Shown in pieces: positions 9,056 through 17,732 of a stretch of 60,467 nt of DNA. The translations under genes and the position numbers were made by a program. The first letter of the stretch is position 1. Every line of letters starts with the position of its first letter. Origin of the DNA: an uncultured Gammaproteobacteria bacterium (GTDB lineage: Bacteria; Patescibacteriota; Microgenomatia; CAZETR01; Amesbacteraceae); assembly GCA_964502885.1 (NCBI GenBank), contig CAZCXU010000005.1, positions 1 to 60,467 of the forward strand. Reading direction: 5' to 3'. The notes under the pieces were generated by a model that was given only the letters and a program-made list of their open reading frames with translations, was not told the DNA's origin and ran no database searches.

Positions 9056-9561
9056 TGGGGCATAATCGGCGGGATGTGATGGCAGAACGTGACCGACCGT
9101 TTGAATGTGATAGTGATGAGAGGACGTATTTTGCGGATTTTCTGAAGGCTGATTTTGATAATCTGGCGTTTCGTGGTATGCACCAAGCTGCCTGTTTTAT
9201 GGCTTTGTTTATTCGGGATGTGGCGGGTGAGCCGTGGCCAGTTGTGAAAATGGCTAGTGATGCCGGAATGAACCAGAAATTGCGCACGGGGCTGGTTGAC
9301 AGAGTAGGTAAGGCCAATAACTTTTTTGAAGAGTCCAAAAATAAACCTGGTTCTGAATATGATGTATTTAATAACCCCGGGGTGATGGATTTGGCTAGAC
9401 TTTTGTGCAATTTTTTAGTATGTGTGAGAGTTGGCCCCAATAAAGATAATCTGTTGCATGAAGTTTTTGAGAGGATGCATGATGACTACCAATTTAATCC
9501 GGCCATTAATAGTCGGCATGCATATGAGAGCTTTCCGGTGGAAGAGATTCAAAAAAAGTGA
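9055..9561 (+). CDS. Hypothetical protein
   Basis: 168-aa ORF. Its start overlaps the mgtC-like stop. No motif recognised. Confidence 0.45.
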   Translation: MGHNRRDVMAERDRPFECDSDERTYFADFLKADFDNLAFRGMHQAACFMALFIRDVAGEPWPVVKMASDAGMNQKLRTGLVDRVGKANNFFEESKNKPGSEYDVFNNPGVMDLARLLCNFLVCVRVGPNKDNLLHEVFERMHDDYQFNPAINSRHAYESFPVEEIQKK

Positions 9562-9585
9562 AGTAATCCTGTAAACTGGTTTGGT

Positions 9586-10845
9586 ATGAAAAGAATTTTT
9601 GAGATATTTTTGGTGGGTGTGAGCATTTCAGTTCTGGTCGTGGGATATGAAATGACGGCGAACCGGTTTTCTTTGCTATACAAATGCAATGCCGTGAGAT
9701 TTGTGTATGGAGCTGCTGGGGTTTTGGAAAAATTTCGTCAGGGTGATGGGGATATGTTTAAGTGTGTTTTTTTGTCTTCCGGTGGTGATAAACCAGTTCA
9801 AACTCTTCCAGTGGAATATCCAATTCTTTCGCTGGTTCCAATGCTTTTACCTCTCCTGGCTGGAACGAGCGGTTATGATTTGGCTTATCGGGTGCAAATG
9901 GGGCTGGTGTTTGTGGTGATTTACGCAGCGATAAAGAAGTGGAAATCTGAGGGGGCAGCAAAGTATTTTTTGATTTTGGGGGTGCTTGGGGGATTTAGCA
10001 CTTTGCTGGGGAGAATAGATTTGCTGGTAGGTGGACTGATATTGGCGATCGTGCGGGCAGTAGAAGTGAAAAGATTTAATTTGGCTTATGTGTTGGCAGC
10101 TGCGGCAACTCTGATAAAAATTTTTCCGATAATACTTCTGCCCCTGATTTTTATTTTTGAAAATAAAGGGAGACTGCAAAAACTGAAACAAGGGAATTTA
10201 AATGGAGTCGGAATTTTCATGCTAATTTGTTTTGCATCTCTGGCCGTGTCGGTATTTATTAATCCGTTTTTGACTGTTTCGCCGCTAATTTATGCATTTA
10301 ACCGTCCTGTGCAGATAGAATCGATGGTAGCTAGTGTGGCAGGAGTTTTTGAATTTGCGGGATTGGTGAAACTGGAGGTGGTGAATAGTTTTGGCTCGGT
10401 AAATATTTTGGCAGTTCGGGGAGAGCTATTTTTGCAAATGGTACAGACGCTGGCGATCGGCATATGGGCGGGGATTTTTATTGTAATTTGCAGGAAGCTG
10501 GCGATGGGGAGGATGAGCTTTGGACGGGGAGTACTGATTATTTTGGTGTGGCTGTTATTGACTAGCAAAGTATTCAGTGCACAATATTTGCTCTGGGTAA
10601 TCCCACTGATTGCATATCTGGGGCGGAAAAATGGAGAGGGGAAATTGTGGTTGTTGGTTGGATTTCTAACGACTTTGGTGTATCCGTTTTTGACTGGGGA
10701 TTTGTGGATTAACTTGTGGTATAAGCGGGAAGCTTTGGTCGCGGGGGTATTGATACGAAATGCCGTGCTTTTGATTATTGGCATGATGGTTTTGACAAAA
10801 AAGACTGATGACAGGATAATTTCGTCAGATGACGGAAAGGGATAG
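9586..10845 (+). CDS. Polytopic membrane protein, possibly GT-C/GT87 (DUF2029)-like glycosyltransferase
   Basis: At least 10 hydrophobic helices. LIKIFPIILLPL and AQYLLWVIPL resemble DUF2029/GT87 proteins. The assignment is tentative. Confidence 0.5.
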   Translation: MKRIFEIFLVGVSISVLVVGYEMTANRFSLLYKCNAVRFVYGAAGVLEKFRQGDGDMFKCVFLSSGGDKPVQTLPVEYPILSLVPMLLPLLAGTSGYDLAYRVQMGLVFVVIYAAIKKWKSEGAAKYFLILGVLGGFSTLLGRIDLLVGGLILAIVRAVEVKRFNLAYVLAAAATLIKIFPIILLPLIFIFENKGRLQKLKQGNLNGVGIFMLICFASLAVSVFINPFLTVSPLIYAFNRPVQIESMVASVAGVFEFAGLVKLEVVNSFGSVNILAVRGELFLQMVQTLAIGIWAGIFIVICRKLAMGRMSFGRGVLIILVWLLLTSKVFSAQYLLWVIPLIAYLGRKNGEGKLWLLVGFLTTLVYPFLTGDLWINLWYKREALVAGVLIRNAVLLIIGMMVLTKKTDDRIISSDDGKG

Positions 10846-11710
10846 CGGTAATCAGGACGAGAATGCCGGAAAGATCTCGAATGCATATGATTTGATGGTT
10901 GAGAATATGCGTCGCAAGTTACCGATTTTTGCCGATCAATTGCCTGTGAGTTCACGATTTCGACAACCGGCTAGTGGGTTTGGGCAAGACAGTGTATATG
11001 TGGAGAAGAGTGGATCTTTGGTGGAGATTTCCAGAGAGTGGCAAGGGGGTGGAGTATATACGCAAGCCAGTCTGATCTATCCTGCCACAGCGGATGAGCG
11101 AGTGGTGGTACCCAGTGTGGTTTGGCAACAGGTGGGGAGAGGTGTGCAGAGTGGCAGGTCTTTTCAGGTGATACACGATGTGACATTTCAATTTCGGGGA
11201 GGTAGCGATGGAAGGGCTGCTTTTTTGGAGCAGCGAGATCAGGTGTGCCAAATAATTGGTCTGGGAATGAGTGGGGTGCAGGAGTTTTCTCTGCACAGAA
11301 AGGTCACGAGGGAAAATGGGCAGGAAGTGTATGGCAAGGTTGTTGTCCAGAGTGCTGTTTTAGCGGAGATGGCGAGGACGAAAATAGGCGGGGGACGAAC
11401 TACGTTGATAATTGCATACGACAAGTCGGCACCCCGGGAAAACTTGCTTCGTTTTCAAAACGCCGATGGGACACTGTCGGATAACTTGAATTCTGGGATT
11501 TTGCGGGGGTTGGGAATATCTGTGAAGTTTTCTGAGGATGAGGAGGATGCTTGTCTAGATGTAGCGGTTGATCAGTGGTCGTTTAAACTTGAGATGGGTA
11601 AACAACTGGCGCCGAATTATCATGAGCTGATGTTTGCGGATGATCCACAAATAATTACAGAAAGCAGCGATTTAAAAATATATATGGTGGATGGAAGCAG
11701 GAAAAATTGA
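10829..11710 (+). CDS. Hypothetical protein
   Basis: 293-aa ORF overlapping the preceding gene by 17 nt (operonic). No motif recognised. Confidence 0.45.
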   Translation: MTERDSGNQDENAGKISNAYDLMVENMRRKLPIFADQLPVSSRFRQPASGFGQDSVYVEKSGSLVEISREWQGGGVYTQASLIYPATADERVVVPSVVWQQVGRGVQSGRSFQVIHDVTFQFRGGSDGRAAFLEQRDQVCQIIGLGMSGVQEFSLHRKVTRENGQEVYGKVVVQSAVLAEMARTKIGGGRTTLIIAYDKSAPRENLLRFQNADGTLSDNLNSGILRGLGISVKFSEDEEDACLDVAVDQWSFKLEMGKQLAPNYHELMFADDPQIITESSDLKIYMVDGSRKN

Positions 11711-11862
11711 TTGCAGTGTGCGGGGCTTGCGGAGGTGTACTACCTGCAGATCGGGTGAGAATGACCAGTACCGGAGCCTATATGTGGGCGAATGTGGAAA
11801 CATCAGCATGTGCAGCATGTGGGTATCGTGAGATAGAACAGAGAATACAGCCTGTAATTTGA
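11707..11862 (+). CDS. Mini zinc-ribbon ORF (51 aa), not in the supplied track
   Basis: The TTG at 11707 overlaps the upstream TGA (TTGA). Translation reads LIAVCGACGGVLPADRVRMTSTGAYMWANVETSACAACGYREIEQRIQPVI, with CxxC-27-CxxC. Alternative starts are GTG 11716 and ATG 11761. Confidence 0.3.
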   Translation: MIAVCGACGGVLPADRVRMTSTGAYMWANVETSACAACGYREIEQRIQPVI

Positions 11863-11923
11863 TGTGTTTGGTAGAATATGCCCATGATAGTGGGAAAAGC
11901 TGAATGTGTATTGAGACGAGATA

Positions 11924-12514
11924 GTGTCTGGGAGGGTTGGTGGCAGCGAGATGGAGGTGGCAGAAGTGGGCAGGACTGAAATTGAATCTAACTTGTGGGA
12001 GAAAGCGGACGAATGGAAATATATGCCAAGAGAAATCAAGTATCTGGTTGATTTGGGATTTGAAGCGGTCACAAGTTGGCAGCAAATCGGAGGAACAGGG
12101 TTGTATATATCACAAACTCTTGACTACAACATCGGATATATAGATTTTGGTCCTGGTGGTATCTATGATCCACCAACTGATGACCGCTGTGACCGAATGT
12201 TGATAATGGCGAGAAATGTAGGGATGTTTGCAGTCGGGATGTACGAATATATAGAACGAATGGATGCAGATTCGACTTCAGCAAGGAAGCTGATTGGCCT
12301 GACGAACTTTAGGATGGCGAACTTTTTGTGCAAGCTGTTTGGTGAAGCTGCGAGCTGTTATAGGTATGAGGTTGATGATTATGACAGTGAAGTTTGGGTG
12401 GTTCTCGATTTGGCAGCATTTAAAAGTGATCGTGATTCCATGCGAAGAGTAAAAAAAATCGCTAAAGTGGCTAAGAAAAGATGGGGGTGGGAAATGGGAA
12501 TTAAACGAAAGTGA
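11924..12514 (+). CDS. Hypothetical protein
   Basis: 196-aa ORF with a basic C-terminal tail. No motif recognised. Confidence 0.45.
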   Translation: MSGRVGGSEMEVAEVGRTEIESNLWEKADEWKYMPREIKYLVDLGFEAVTSWQQIGGTGLYISQTLDYNIGYIDFGPGGIYDPPTDDRCDRMLIMARNVGMFAVGMYEYIERMDADSTSARKLIGLTNFRMANFLCKLFGEAASCYRYEVDDYDSEVWVVLDLAAFKSDRDSMRRVKKIAKVAKKRWGWEMGIKRK

Positions 12515-13694
12515 GGGCAATGCCAGTTTTGTCAGCGCGTCCGGTGCGGCCGATGCGGTGGATATAGGCGTCCTGACTTTCGGGGAGGTCGTAGTTGATG
12601 ACGTGACTGACATTGGGGATGTCTAGTCCGCGGGAAGCCACATCTGTAGCTAAAAGAATTTTAATTTCATTGCGTTTGAACTTGTCTAATACTGCCTGTC
12701 TTTGACTTTGGCTTTTGTTTCCATGAATTGCACCCGATCTGAAACCGCGCTTACCAAGTTCATCTGAGAGCTTTTGCACTCCCCATTTGGTGCGGCCAAA
12801 AATAAGGACTTTTTCGAATTCGGCTTTGACAAGAAGATCGTGAAGTTGGTCGACTTTGCGGCTTTGGTTGGTGACCTTGACTAGCGATTGGTGGATCTTG
12901 TCGACGGTATTTTTGACCCGGACGGAAACAGTGACGGGGTTTTTGACAAAGGTATTTAATATTTCACGGACCTTGCCGTCAATGGTGGCTGAGAAGAAGA
13001 GGGATTGGCGTGTGGGGGGGAGCTTGGCGATGAGATATTTGATAAGGGGTAAGAATCCAATATCTACCATATGATCTGCCTCATCCAAAACTACGGTATG
13101 AAAAGAGGATAGGTTTAGGGTGTTGTCGCTGGCAAAATCTTTGAGGCGACCGGGAGTGCCGACAACAATGTTGTAGTTTCGGCGCAGATTGTATCTTTGA
13201 GGACTTTCGTTTACCCCTCCGATGCATAGCACTGAAAGAATTTTGAGCCCGGCGCTGAATGCATAAAATTCCTGTTGGATTTGAGTAGCTAACTCACGGG
13301 TGGGACAGATGATAAGGATCTTTTCCTGGCGGTTTTTGAGAATCTTTTGAATCAAAGGGATAAGGAAAGCGGCGGTTTTGCCGGTTCCGGTATTGGCGAT
13401 ACCAATGACATCACGATCTTCCAGAATGGGGGAAATGGCCTGATCCTGGATGGGGGTGGGTTTGGCGTAGCCTTTTTTGACCAAGTTGTTTAAAAGCTCC
13501 GGATTGAGATCAAAATCTGAGAATTGGTGAGTGATAGCAATCTGTTGGGGCGTAGATTTATCTTCGGGGGTGTTTTTGATCATGAGGTGGGGATTAAATG
13601 ACTTAGTTGGCCGCAGGCCACGGGAAGAGAATGACCGTCCGGAATTTGATCTGGACCCACCAAAATGACCACGATGATGAAATTTGTAGCTCAT
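12501..13694 (-). CDS. DEAD-box ATP-dependent RNA helicase
   Basis: Q motif FSDF...GYAKPTPIQ, Walker A ANTGTGKTAAF, PTRELA, DEAD, SAT, HRIGRTGRA. The N-terminal tail is R/S/G-rich. Confidence 0.92.
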   Translation of the reverse strand: MSYKFHHRGHFGGSRSNSGRSFSSRGLRPTKSFNPHLMIKNTPEDKSTPQQIAITHQFSDFDLNPELLNNLVKKGYAKPTPIQDQAISPILEDRDVIGIANTGTGKTAAFLIPLIQKILKNRQEKILIICPTRELATQIQQEFYAFSAGLKILSVLCIGGVNESPQRYNLRRNYNIVVGTPGRLKDFASDNTLNLSSFHTVVLDEADHMVDIGFLPLIKYLIAKLPPTRQSLFFSATIDGKVREILNTFVKNPVTVSVRVKNTVDKIHQSLVKVTNQSRKVDQLHDLLVKAEFEKVLIFGRTKWGVQKLSDELGKRGFRSGAIHGNKSQSQRQAVLDKFKRNEIKILLATDVASRGLDIPNVSHVINYDLPESQDAYIHRIGRTGRADKTGIALTFV

Positions 13695-13830
13695 AATACT
13701 TTATGAAGGAGTCGATTCAGGAGAGTAGCAGGTTTTACTTTGCTTAATCTTTGGAACAATTCCTCGTATCTGCATTATAGTGGTTAATAGTGATGAAGTC
13801 AAAGAAACTATAGGATTATGGGGTCTATAA

Positions 13831-14124
13831 TTGACGGGGACAAACAATTTCATTACAATGAACGTTGTGTTTAAGCTTTATGGGCCAGGGGAATTATTTC
13901 GATTGAACAGTGAATATCAGGTGGCAACATATCTTCCCGATGGGCTTCTTTTGGGTAGTGATGGAGGTGGGGAGGGTTTGGTTATGGATTTGAGGCCGGA
14001 TAGTGACACATTGGGTGAGTTTTATATGGTGCCTTTTGTTCCTATGGGGTGGGCAGACGCTAGGTATGCAGGTAAGTCTTTGGCTGAGGCTAATGAGTTT
14101 TTGAAAAATCGGGTAAACAGTTAA
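13831..14124 (+). CDS. Small SUKH/SMI1-KNR4-like protein (truncated-looking)
   Basis: YLPDGLLLGSDGGGEGLVMDL...GEFYMVPF...KSLAEANEFL matches the C-terminal two-thirds of SUKH-1 domains. The N-terminal part is absent. Start is TTG 13831 or ATG 13858. Confidence 0.4.
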   Translation: MTGTNNFITMNVVFKLYGPGELFRLNSEYQVATYLPDGLLLGSDGGGEGLVMDLRPDSDTLGEFYMVPFVPMGWADARYAGKSLAEANEFLKNRVNS

Positions 14125-14146
14125 GTGCAATGGTTCTTGGATCTGG

Positions 14147-16720
14147 TCAGGATTTGTTGTTGTGCTTGTAATTTTTAATGACCAGCATGACAGTTGCTGC
14201 GGTAAGTGCGGAAACCAGGGTAATCCAAGCCCAGTCCGGGAGATGGCTTTCTCTCATTTCAAGTGTGACTGAGATATTAAATTCCTTTGTAGAGCCTTCG
14301 ACATTTAATTTTTGCGCGACTTTTTTGTTGTCATGATGAACTATTAGAGTGTGAGTACCTTTTTCGACGTCTGCGAATGTGACTTGCCCATACTGATCGG
14401 TTGTCCCGTATTTGGGGTTTGAGTGGAGTTCTACTTGTGCACCCACTACCGGTTTCCCTGACAAAATTATAGTGATGGTTACATCATGGTTGGAAAAAGC
14501 CTGAGGTGTTTCCTGTTTTTCGATTTTGGGAGTGGGTGTGTTTTTCTGTGTTGGCACCTCTGTGGTGATTTTTGTAATGACCAAAGAATCGTCGAGTATG
14601 GTGTTCATTAAAGTAGGCTTATGGGCGGTGACAGAGGATACAATGGAAGACCAGTTGCCGGTAGCACAACCATTTTGGCCCCTGACTTTGAAATAGTAGC
14701 TGGTTTCCGGCTTTAGGAATCCAATCGTGTAGCTCTGCACGCCATCACTTCCAAGAGTTACGTTTACACCATGTTCTTCAGCTGAGGGACTTGGTGAATA
14801 GCTGATATAGTATGAGTTGGTGGAAGAGAGGGGGGTAAAAAATATTTTTGCGGTATTTTCAGTTGTACTAATTTGGAATATGTTTGGAGTACCGAAAGGT
14901 TTTGAGTCTGTGCAGACGGGTGCTGATCCGCCGGAAGTGTTCGTTGTGCCAACCTGAGATGTGGTGGGCGTTGCAGTGGGGGATGGAGTAGCGGTGGGTG
15001 TGGGCGTTGCAGTGGGGGATGGAGTAGCGGTGGGTGTGGGCGTTGCAGTGGGGGATGGAGTAGCGGAGGTTGTAAAACTTTGTGTGGTTGTCCAGTCACT
15101 GTAGACTGTGCCATCGTTCACTCTGGCTCGCCAATAATAGGTGATATCGGCATCCAGTTCCTGTTGAGCAGTATATGTTATTTGATTTCCGGCGGTGAAT
15201 GGACTGGTGTCTGCGCCATTTACGTTATTAGTAAAACCTGCGTCGGTTGGGCTGCCAGCAGATTCAAGAGTAAAAGATTCGTACATGGAAAAATGCAGAT
15301 CCCATTCTGCATGAGGGCCGCTGTTTTCTACGCTGTACCCGTCATGGTAGAGGTTTCCGTTGTGCAGTGCTCCCGCATTCAGGGCGTCGCCGTACCAGGC
15401 CCAAGTATTGTTTTCCAGGTTGTTGTCGGGAATCCAGTCACCACAGACAAGATATTTCTGGCCGGCTCCAAAACGGATTTGATTTGCTCCGGAGGCTGTG
15501 AAATTGAAATTTCCGCTTGCGAAACTGGCACCAAGTGAGACGCCATTTGATATCGCCAACCAGTTTGTGGTGGGGGTACCAGAGGTGGTTTGATTGTTGG
15601 GAGCCCCCGCATTGATTGGGGCGCTGGATGTACCGAAAGTGCCGCTGTGTTCGTAAATTCGCGCGTAGGAAGTTCCACTGGTGTCTGTACGGGAATCTCC
15701 GAGCGGAAATACGGTCTTGGCCCATTTTCCTCCTCTGGCAGTAAAGCTTTGACACATACGATCATCGACTTGAATATTGCCTTGCCATGTCAGCCCTGAT
15801 GGATGTGGTTGAGGATGGAATGCCGCTCCACCTCCACCGCTGAAATTGTCCGTAAGGACCTCTCCGCCAATAAAATCATTTGGATTGTCGGTGATTTGGA
15901 TTTCATAGGTCAGATCATCGCTGTCTGCGTCTGTACCAGTCAACGTGAATGTGGGAGTGGTGCTGACACCGGTAGCGGAATTGGCAGGACTGTTTAGGGT
16001 AATTGCCGGAACATTGTTGATAGGCGATTCTCCGGGAGCTACTGCCCAGAGGATAGATACATAGGGGCTATTGTTGCCGCTGCCGGTAAAGTTTCCTGTG
16101 GCTCCCGCAGTAGTCTGAACACCAGAGTCGGCAGCATATAAATTCAAAGTAGCTGTGTTTGATAAATCAGTATCGGGAGTGTAGACGCTGTCGTTGCTCG
16201 TCCAGTTTAAGCAACCAAGGAGGAGTGCGTCGTTGGTGTTGGTGGTGATGGAATTGTAGACACGGGAGGTTGAAGTTCCGCTAACATTTGAGCTGGGTGT
16301 GGCGTCGCTGGGTGTGGCGTCTGCGCCGGAAATACGCCACATAACTCCTCTCCTGGCGGCGAGATTATTTGTGGAGCTAATTGTGAAAACTGCTGGACTG
16401 CTGTCGCCAGGCTGCCAGAATCGATAAAGCATACCGACTTTGGGACTGATACCGCTGCCGCCAGCTGTAATAACATGTGTCCAACCAGATGCTGACATAT
16501 TTGAGGTGTCGTTTCCGGTGGCGGCCACACAAGCAACTAAAAGATCTCCGGCAGAAACTCCCGTGGGGAGGTTGACAGATAAGGTGGTACCATTGCCGGT
16601 GATTGTGCCGGTGGAAGTGAAGGACTCTATTGTCGGCGATTGGGCTTGTACCGGTGTCGGCAGGTAGGCACTAAACAAAGAGAACAGAAGAGTTATGGCG
16701 AGTATCTTTTTGAGAAGCAT
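14147..16720 (-). CDS. Large cell-surface protein: signal peptide, beta-rich/FN3-like modules, Pro/Thr repeat linker, CarboxypepD_reg-like module, C-terminal TM anchor
   Basis: N-terminal MLLKKILAITLLFSLFSAYLPTPVQA. FN3-like strings YYWRARVNDGTVYSDWT and YYFKVRGQNGCATGNWSS. Linker (TPSPTATPTPTA)x3. GKPVVGAQVELHSNPKYGTTDQYGQVTF. C-terminal WITLVSALTAATVMLVIKNYKHNNKS. Confidence 0.8.
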   Translation of the reverse strand: MLLKKILAITLLFSLFSAYLPTPVQAQSPTIESFTSTGTITGNGTTLSVNLPTGVSAGDLLVACVAATGNDTSNMSASGWTHVITAGGSGISPKVGMLYRFWQPGDSSPAVFTISSTNNLAARRGVMWRISGADATPSDATPSSNVSGTSTSRVYNSITTNTNDALLLGCLNWTSNDSVYTPDTDLSNTATLNLYAADSGVQTTAGATGNFTGSGNNSPYVSILWAVAPGESPINNVPAITLNSPANSATGVSTTPTFTLTGTDADSDDLTYEIQITDNPNDFIGGEVLTDNFSGGGGAAFHPQPHPSGLTWQGNIQVDDRMCQSFTARGGKWAKTVFPLGDSRTDTSGTSYARIYEHSGTFGTSSAPINAGAPNNQTTSGTPTTNWLAISNGVSLGASFASGNFNFTASGANQIRFGAGQKYLVCGDWIPDNNLENNTWAWYGDALNAGALHNGNLYHDGYSVENSGPHAEWDLHFSMYESFTLESAGSPTDAGFTNNVNGADTSPFTAGNQITYTAQQELDADITYYWRARVNDGTVYSDWTTTQSFTTSATPSPTATPTPTATPSPTATPTPTATPSPTATPTTSQVGTTNTSGGSAPVCTDSKPFGTPNIFQISTTENTAKIFFTPLSSTNSYYISYSPSPSAEEHGVNVTLGSDGVQSYTIGFLKPETSYYFKVRGQNGCATGNWSSIVSSVTAHKPTLMNTILDDSLVITKITTEVPTQKNTPTPKIEKQETPQAFSNHDVTITIILSGKPVVGAQVELHSNPKYGTTDQYGQVTFADVEKGTHTLIVHHDNKKVAQKLNVEGSTKEFNISVTLEMRESHLPDWAWITLVSALTAATVMLVIKNYKHNNKS
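14964..15066 (-). repeat. 36-bp in-frame tandem repeat, about 2.9 copies
   Basis: The plus-strand unit gtgggcgttgcagtgggggatggagtagcggtgggt starts at 14964, 15000 and 15036. The first two copies are identical and the third is truncated. It encodes the PT-rich linker of the surface protein. Confidence 0.9.
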
Positions 16721-17268
16721 ATCAGCCTTAATGCTAGCATGTCGTAGGGGTCAGGTCTAATTTTTTAAAAGTGTGATAGTGGTGCAGTCTTTCTGAGATA
16801 CAGAAAATTTGGGGTTCTTTCTTATCTCTCACGCTCAGTTATAAAATTTCGCATGGAGATAGGAATGGCGACTGTGATGACCCAACTTTGATTTCAACTT
16901 TCAGTTTCAGCTACCCTATCTAGGGATTGGTAGAAAGCGTTATGATTAAAAGAAAGCTGGTCATGAGGAGATCCAAATGAGTGTGTTTAATTTGACCAAA
17001 GTTTCCGAATATATGACGGCCAAAGAACGAGCCAAAACCATAATCGGTATGAAGTTAAACATTTGAATTCATTTCCAAAGATGGTGGGGAAAGTTTCAGG
17101 CAGGAGAGGAGTGGGATTTTGTAATACCGGCACAAGCGGAAGAGAAAATGCTGGTAGCTGGCTGCCCGAATACAGACTGGATTAATAACAGCGATTGAGG
17201 ATAAATATTTTTATGGAATATTAATTATTAATCGGGAATCCGGTCAGCCATACTCACTTGGTAATTGC

Positions 17269-17469
17269 ATGACCCCAATGGCGTATTTTGTCCAAACGCA
17301 TAATGGGGATCTTAAAAAGATTAAAACTCTATTTAATATTTTGGATTTTGGCTACAGGGAATATCAGCTGGAAGGGAAGGTGGAATTAATTGTTACAGAA
17401 GAGAGAAAAGCGGATGAGGAGCGGGTGAGCAGGAATCTGGAAATGGTGGAGATGAGTATTAAGGGGTAG
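17269..17469 (+). CDS. Hypothetical small protein
   Basis: 66-aa ORF in an AT-rich, gene-poor stretch. No motif recognised. Confidence 0.3.
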   Translation: MTPMAYFVQTHNGDLKKIKTLFNILDFGYREYQLEGKVELIVTEERKADEERVSRNLEMVEMSIKG

Positions 17470-17732
17470 TTCGTGTCCGGTTTTGTATCCGTTTTGACCT
17501 TGAAAGAAATATCCAGGGGATTATAATAAAAATATGGTTACGAATGGTGAAGTATTAATTCCCGATGCTGCAGCCGATATTTATAAGGATATGCGGCAAC
17601 AATAGGATATGTATTTGGGATGGATCAAAGATTACGAAGTGGTGGTGATAAGAGAGGCTATTACTTATATATGTCTTTAGGCCATTCGAATCCTAATATC
17701 ATTAGGAATGTAAATATTGGGGTTAGCAAATA

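Noticed and set aside
14764-15114. 116-aa same-strand alternative-frame ORF with PPLLHPPLQRPH repeats, and the thought that the tandem repeat might be a CRISPR or other non-coding array.
   Set aside because: It is simply the 36-bp coding repeat of the surface protein read in another frame. There are no spacer-like unique segments, only about 3 copies, and the array sits inside a long ORF.
16977-17210. Possibility that in-frame TGA codons indicate an alternative genetic code (code 4 or 25), as in some candidate phyla.
   Set aside because: TGA terminates clearly delimited conserved genes here: yjjX at 505-507 directly before the next ATG, and dus at 8347-8349. No conserved gene in the window needs TGA read-through. 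Standard code 11 fits throughout.
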